Shown here: one piece after another, positions 62,130-64,000 of the stretch | Numbering within the stretch: position 1 is the first letter of the stretch | How the letters are laid out: the number at the start of each line of letters is the position of its first letter | Source: Tubulanus polymorphus | Lineage: Eukaryota > Animalia > Nemertea | NCBI RefSeq assembly: GCF_964204645.1 | Contig: NC_134034.1 | Location: 2,852,072 to 2,916,071 of the forward strand | DNA length: 64,000 nt | Direction of reading: 5' to 3' | Program-made: the position numbers and the translations under genes | The notes under the pieces: generated by a model | Database searches by the model: none | Seen by the model: the letters and a program-made list of their open reading frames with translations, nothing else | What the model was told of the DNA's origin: nothing

Positions 62130-62575
62130 AGGATAAGAGAGGAAAATGAGTAAGGAAAGAAGTGAGAGGTAGGGGAGAAGGATGAGTGAGGGAGGAGAGA
62201 GGAAGGAACGGGCAGGGACATCAGATTGAGGATGAGAAAGGATAAGAGAGGAAAGTGAAGGAGAAAAGGGGAGGAGAGGTGAGGGGATAAGGAAGAGGGA
62301 GGGAGGAAAGAGGGATTGAAGAGGAAGGAGCGGACAGGGACAAAAAAGTGAGGATGAGAAAGGATAAGAGAGGAAAGTGAAGGAGAAAGGAAAGGAGAAG
62401 AGAGAGGAGAAGGAAGAGGGAGGGAGGAAAGAGGGATTGAAGAGGAAGGAGCAGACAGAGACAAAAGAGTGAGGATGAGAAAGGATAAGAGAGGAAAGTG
62501 AAGAAGAAAAGGAAAGAAGAGTGAGAAGAAAGGATCGGGTAGGGTAAAGGAAAGAGGGAGGGAGGAGAGGTAAAG
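62130..62575 (+). repeat. Purine-rich degenerate ~120-bp repeat
   Basis: gaggatgagaaaggataagagaggaaagtgaag x3. Confidence 0.8.
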
Positions 62576-63064
62576 AGTTTTCGAAAAAGTTCGCAAAAAT
62601 ACTACCGGCTGAATTTAGAAAAAAAAAGAATTGTTCCGTACGCGAATGAGTCTTCGTCGCGATAGGCGAGAATAATCACGGATGGGGAGGGTAAAAATTG
62701 TGTCGCATTCATCACTGCTGCCGCCGCCAAAAAAAAAAAAACCGTTCGCCCCGAACAAAAACGGTATCTCTCCGAGAAATAGGCGAATAATTGGCTAAAT
62801 TATCCCCATCAACCGAACGCGAAGACGATCGCGAACTGCTGCCGGCTGTTAGTGAAAACCTTGGTTTGATCACGCGCCGCGCCACTCCCCGGTCCGTCTC
62901 GAATTAGCGTTGTTAAACAACTGTTCGTTTCGGTTCGGCGGAAAAAAATAAAAGTTGTCGTCGTCGTCGTCGTCAGCGGCGTCAGCGGCATCAGCGTACC
63001 CGGAAAAAAATAAACACAATCCTCGGAAAATAGCGCATTGATCGTCGAGCAGATTGCAGATGAC

Positions 63065-63650
63065 GTGAAGTGTGGACGATCAGTTATTGAAAGTGTGCTG
63101 ATAGTTGTCTAATGTCTGGTGTTTCTAGTTCATTTTCGATTAGAAATGTCTCAGGTGAAGCTATAAACACATGTGAAGTGTGGACAATCAGTTTCTGAGA
63201 AAGTGTGCTGACAAAATGTTGAATATCTGGTGTTTGTAGTTCATTTTCAATTAAAAATGTCTCAGGTGAAGCACTGAACACATGTGAAGTGTGGACGGTC
63301 AGTTTTTGAAAGTGTGCTCATAAAATGTCTAATATCTGGTGTTTGTAGTTCATTTTCAATTAAAAATGTCTCAGGTGAAGCACTGAACACAAGTGAAGTG
63401 TGGACGATCAGTTTTTGAAAGTGTGCTGATAAAATGTCTAATGTCTGGTGTTTGTAGTTCATTTTCAATTAAAAATGTCTCAGGTGAAGCACTGAACACA
63501 TGTGAAGTGTGGACGATCAGTTTTTGAAAGTGTGCTGATAAAATGTCTAATGTCTGGTGTTTGTAGTTCATTTTCAATTAAAAATATCTCAGGTGAAGCA
63601 CTGAACACATGGGAAGTGAAGACGATCAGTTTTTGAAAGTCTGCTGATTT
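63065..63650 (+). repeat. Satellite D
   Basis: ~5 units. Confidence 0.9.
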
Positions 63651-64000
63651 TACATTCATATCCGTTGATTGAAGTGAATTGCACGAATCAATGTTTTCCT
63701 ATAGTTGAAAGGATCGGCTTTGAGAATATTCAAATCATCAAAGTTCGCCGGGATATCAAAGGGGATGCTACAGGCTTGAACATCCAAATCGAGTTGAAGA
63801 TGATTTCATGGATAGAGAAATATATGAAAACTCCGGGCAATTCGGGACCTTTCTTTCTCTTAGAGGGTGACTCCGACGATATCAAAATCACAATATTCGT
63901 AGCCATTCCATTCTCTATAGTGGGTGGCTCCGAGAATATCAAACCGACGTAATGTACCGCCGAAACTAAACGTACTTTTTCAGACGGCTTCGTGCGGACT

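Noticed and set aside
63665-63952. 95-aa ORF with VRRDIKGDATGLNIQ, superficially like the ectodomain end
   Set aside because: The region is made of degenerate repeat-Q units (ggtggctccgagaatatc) and lacks a suitable donor and the GxG motif.
63984-64000. Possible acceptor tactttttcAG at the window edge
   Set aside because: Only 17 nt follow, too little to evaluate.

Overview
Eukaryotic (bilaterian invertebrate-like) genomic DNA with no prokaryotic features. The window lies inside one large + strand gene, a receptor-type tyrosine phosphatase N/N2 (IA-2/phogrin, PTPRN/PTPRN2) homologue. I traced 9 in-phase GT-AG exons (2319-40044, 1839 nt, ~613 aa) covering the Cys-rich RESP18-like N-terminal domain, an acidic pro-region with dibasic sites and most of the SEA-like ectodomain. 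The signal-peptide exon and the TM/PTP exons were not found and are probably outside the window. The introns are a mosaic of >15 mini/satellite families (19-195 bp units, several dispersed in both orientations), TIR MITEs (piggyBac-like TTAA, PIF/Harbinger-like TAA, CAGGG-ended), an L2-type LINE tail, microsatellites, a near-perfect 4.04-kb tandem duplication and CpG-rich unique islands. Most notable: (i) a Penelope-type minimal hammerhead ribozyme element inserted at a splice donor in sense orientation; (ii) satellites that can be traced to their parent elements within the window (MITE termini and a tRNA-like monomer); (iii) strong enrichment of RFX X-box palindromes in the unique islands; (iv) a 77-bp satellite carrying CTCF-consensus motifs. 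Almost all ORFs in the supplied track are repeat-derived and non-coding.
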